A stretch of DNA of 20,416 bases from a bacterium (lineage in GTDB: Bacteria; SZUA-182; DTGQ01; JAFGSM01). The first letter of the stretch is position 1; each line of letters opens with the position of its first letter. Location of the stretch: assembly GCA_049472355.1 (NCBI GenBank), contig JBLIRP010000068.1, positions 1 to 20,416 of the forward strand. Reading direction: 5' to 3'. Below, one piece after another: positions 18,378 to 20,416 of this stretch. Under the pieces are notes generated by a model. The model was not told the origin of the DNA. It saw only the letters and a program-made list of their open reading frames with translations, and did not search any database. A program made the translations under genes and the position numbers.

Positions 18378-19741
18378 TCGGATTTACTCAGGCCTCTTAA
18401 TATCTCAATAAATCTCTTGGAATCATCGACCACGTGCTGATCCAATGTGCCTGAATCATCCACCATATTCCCTAACACCCTTTGCATCAGGGATCGGTCC
18501 GCATAACAATACTCCTCCAGCAAGGGGAATATCTCGTATTGAATCCTGTTTTTCAGGATCTCGATCGGGTCCTTGGAGTCTTTTAAAATCAGCAGATAGG
18601 AGTGGCCTATGATCTTATCTCTATCAATCCCGACACCCATCAAACGATCATTGATTCCTGCCAGGAACTGTGAAAGCCTCAGTCCTTCGATCTCATCATA
18701 AAATGCCTTGCCCTGGTTCAGAATATCCAGATTGGGTGCAAATGCATAAAAAAGGAACCGTCTCCTGATGGCCAGATCCATCAAACTTATGCTTTTGTCT
18801 GCCGTATTCATTGTGCCCAGGACATACAGATTTTCCGGCACATAAAATTCATCCCCGGATTGCTGTAAGATTGCCGTATATGTTTCACCCCGCTTGTCTT
18901 TTTCCAATAGGGTAATCAACTCACCCATGATCCGGGCCACATCGCCCCGGTTTATCTCATCAATAATGAGCAGATATTTATTTTTCGGGTCGGATTTGGC
19001 CTTTTTACATACAGATTTGAAAATCCCATCCCTTAGTTGAAAGCCTTCTTTTTTGGTTGGTTTGAATCCCTCGATAAAATCCTCGTAGCAGTACGAAGGG
19101 TGGAATGTTACCTGCGTGACCGTGTCCTTTCCAAATGTATCTTTCCACCACTTGGCCAGTTGCAAGCCTTCATTGTTTTCCCTGTGCCCGGTGGACCATA
19201 AAGGATCATATTGCTTTTTTCTATAAGGAGATCATATATATCATCGATACCATCATTGATAATCGGTTTACCAATCCCCCAACCCTTATCATTGAAGAAA
19301 CAAACCAGTGAATGGACATCTAAAAGATTCCCATCCTTTAATCCATATTCTTTTTCCAATATATCCAAAATGTTCTTATATAATTCGGTGCAATGAATGA
19401 TCCTTTCCACGGGGTCTCGTCTTATGGTGTCTTTTCCTAAAAGCTCGGTGACTGAGGCTTTATAGGAATTTGGCTTACAATAGGCGTATTCTTTCGGATT
19501 TGAGATGGCAAGGAGGTAGCTCACCACGGTTGGCGTAATCCCTCTTTTTTTCGTATCTGCAGCGCCAGATATGGTTTCCACCTTTGACCATTCAAGAAAT
19601 CTTTTAAGGCGAACTTCAAGATTTTCCGGCCCATAAAGCAAGGCCAATATATAATCCCTCAGTTCCTCTTCCTCGATCTCATTGGCGAAGGCTTTTGCAA
19701 ACATAGCCTCATATATGGAAATAAGGTTAACATGGGATTTC
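18374..19741 (-). pseudogene. mcrB: McrB-family AAA+ GTPase, disrupted (1-nt frameshift near 19165; 5' end apparently truncated by IS66)
   Basis: Walker A YGPPGTGKT lies in ORF 19108-19704. VTFHPSYCYEDFIEG, Walker B IIDEINRG, GELITLLE, MNTADKS, LAIRRRF and IGHSY lie in ORF 18374-19165. The upstream frame stays open to the IS end at 19741/19742. Confidence 0.88.
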
Positions 19742-20416
19742 GTAATATTTTAGCCCTTTGAAAATTTACGCGACTAATCTAAATTCATTTTCAACCGATG
19801 TATTGGGATCGATGCATTCTTTGGCCAACGCCAATACCGTTTCAACCGGATTGAGTTTCTTCAGTTCAGCTGATCTAAACAGTGTCATCAAGATTGCTTG
19901 AGTTTTGGCCCCCCTGTCAGACCTGTTCTGCTGGGATACCTTTCTGTTGATGGCCGGTTTTCGCATCTGCTGTTCACCATGGTTGTTATAGGGACTCACC
20001 CCGTGATATTCAAGGAAGGTGAATAGCTCGCCTCTGTGGCGATTTAAGCGCTTAATGAGCCGTTTGGCATCCTTGTCATCACCAGGGGTTTCAAGAAATT
20101 GATGAAGCCGGGCATAGAGCCTTTGTTTTCGTCGCTGAAAATCCTGTGGATTGAGACGCCCTTTTCGTTCAGATAGACGAATGGCATCTTTGAGTAACCG
20201 GGAAAGTTTTTTTCGAAACCGCTTCCATGCGTTTGAGCTATTGCACTTATCCACCTTGAGCAGTTCGGTGAACAAATGATAAAAACACCTCTGCTTGGCC
20301 AGCGCGCACAGTTTATTATAGGCGCCCCAGAAATCACAAATCAGGATTCCCGTGAATATATTTCCAAAAACCCTTTTTACCACAGGAGAGCCTCGACTTT
20401 TATCAATGACATAGTA
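19742..20416 (-). mobile_element. IS66-family insertion sequence, right-hand part (continues beyond window)
   Basis: TnpC-like ORF followed by a terminal repeat candidate reading GTAATATTTTAGCCC on + (19742-19756). IS66 ends begin with GTAA. Confidence 0.85.
19766..20416 (-). CDS. tnpC: IS66 family transposase, C-terminal part
   Basis: The frame is open to the window edge (YYVIDKSRGSPVV...). GILICDFWGAYN, QRCFYHL, LFTFL and NNHGEQQMRKPAINRKVS..RS..GA match DDE_Tnp_IS66 motifs. Confidence 0.92.
   Translation of the reverse strand, partial: YYVIDKSRGSPVVKRVFGNIFTGILICDFWGAYNKLCALAKQRCFYHLFTELLKVDKCNSSNAWKRFRKKLSRLLKDAIRLSERKGRLNPQDFQRRKQRLYARLHQFLETPGDDKDAKRLIKRLNRHRGELFTFLEYHGVSPYNNHGEQQMRKPAINRKVSQQNRSDRGAKTQAILMTLFRSAELKKLNPVETVLALAKECIDPNTSVENEFRLVA

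Noticed and set aside
19165..19183. Programmed -1 frameshift at GGGAAAA, or a genuine two-gene split McrB starting at TTG 19165
   Set aside because: The heptamer is out of phase and slippage would destroy the Walker A K/T. TTG 19165 has no properly spaced SD, and separating the P-loop from the rest of the AAA+ fold is implausible.
16986..19741. CoCoNuT-type or other extended McrBC-derived system
   Set aside because: No long coiled-coil, helicase or extra effector genes are visible in the window. Only an McrB/McrC pair is supported.

Overview
Bacterial chromosome segment whose gene content and order suggest a Deltaproteobacteria/Desulfobacterota-like host (inference). Bases 1-2.75 kb hold the 3' end of a sensor histidine kinase, a sigma-54 (NtrC/AtoC-type) response regulator, and a correctly spaced -24/-12 promoter upstream of a degenerate GGDEF protein that keeps its RxxD I-site. 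Bases 3.0-13.1 kb (+) are a tightly packed housekeeping run: UPF0182 membrane protein, TPR lipoprotein, ftsY, ribD-ribE-ribBA-ribH, nusB, a stand-alone M17 N-terminal-domain protein and a metallophosphoesterase. Bases 13.1-16.3 kb (-) form a convergent operon: TIM-barrel isomerase/epimerase, gmhA, an uncharacterised DHS-like/AgrE-ArgZ-C-terminal-like protein, and tlyA. A tRNA-Ser(GCT) at 16570-16662 (-) borders a visibly AT-richer accessory island. The island has a frameshifted HTH remnant, an intact McrC-family nuclease, and an McrB-family GTPase that is both frameshifted just after Walker A and apparently cut at its 5' end by an IS66 element running off the window. Best leads: the gmhA/DHS-like/tlyA coupled operon, the sigma-54-driven putative c-di-GMP receptor, and the McrBC system with an unusual HhH-like N-terminal domain.
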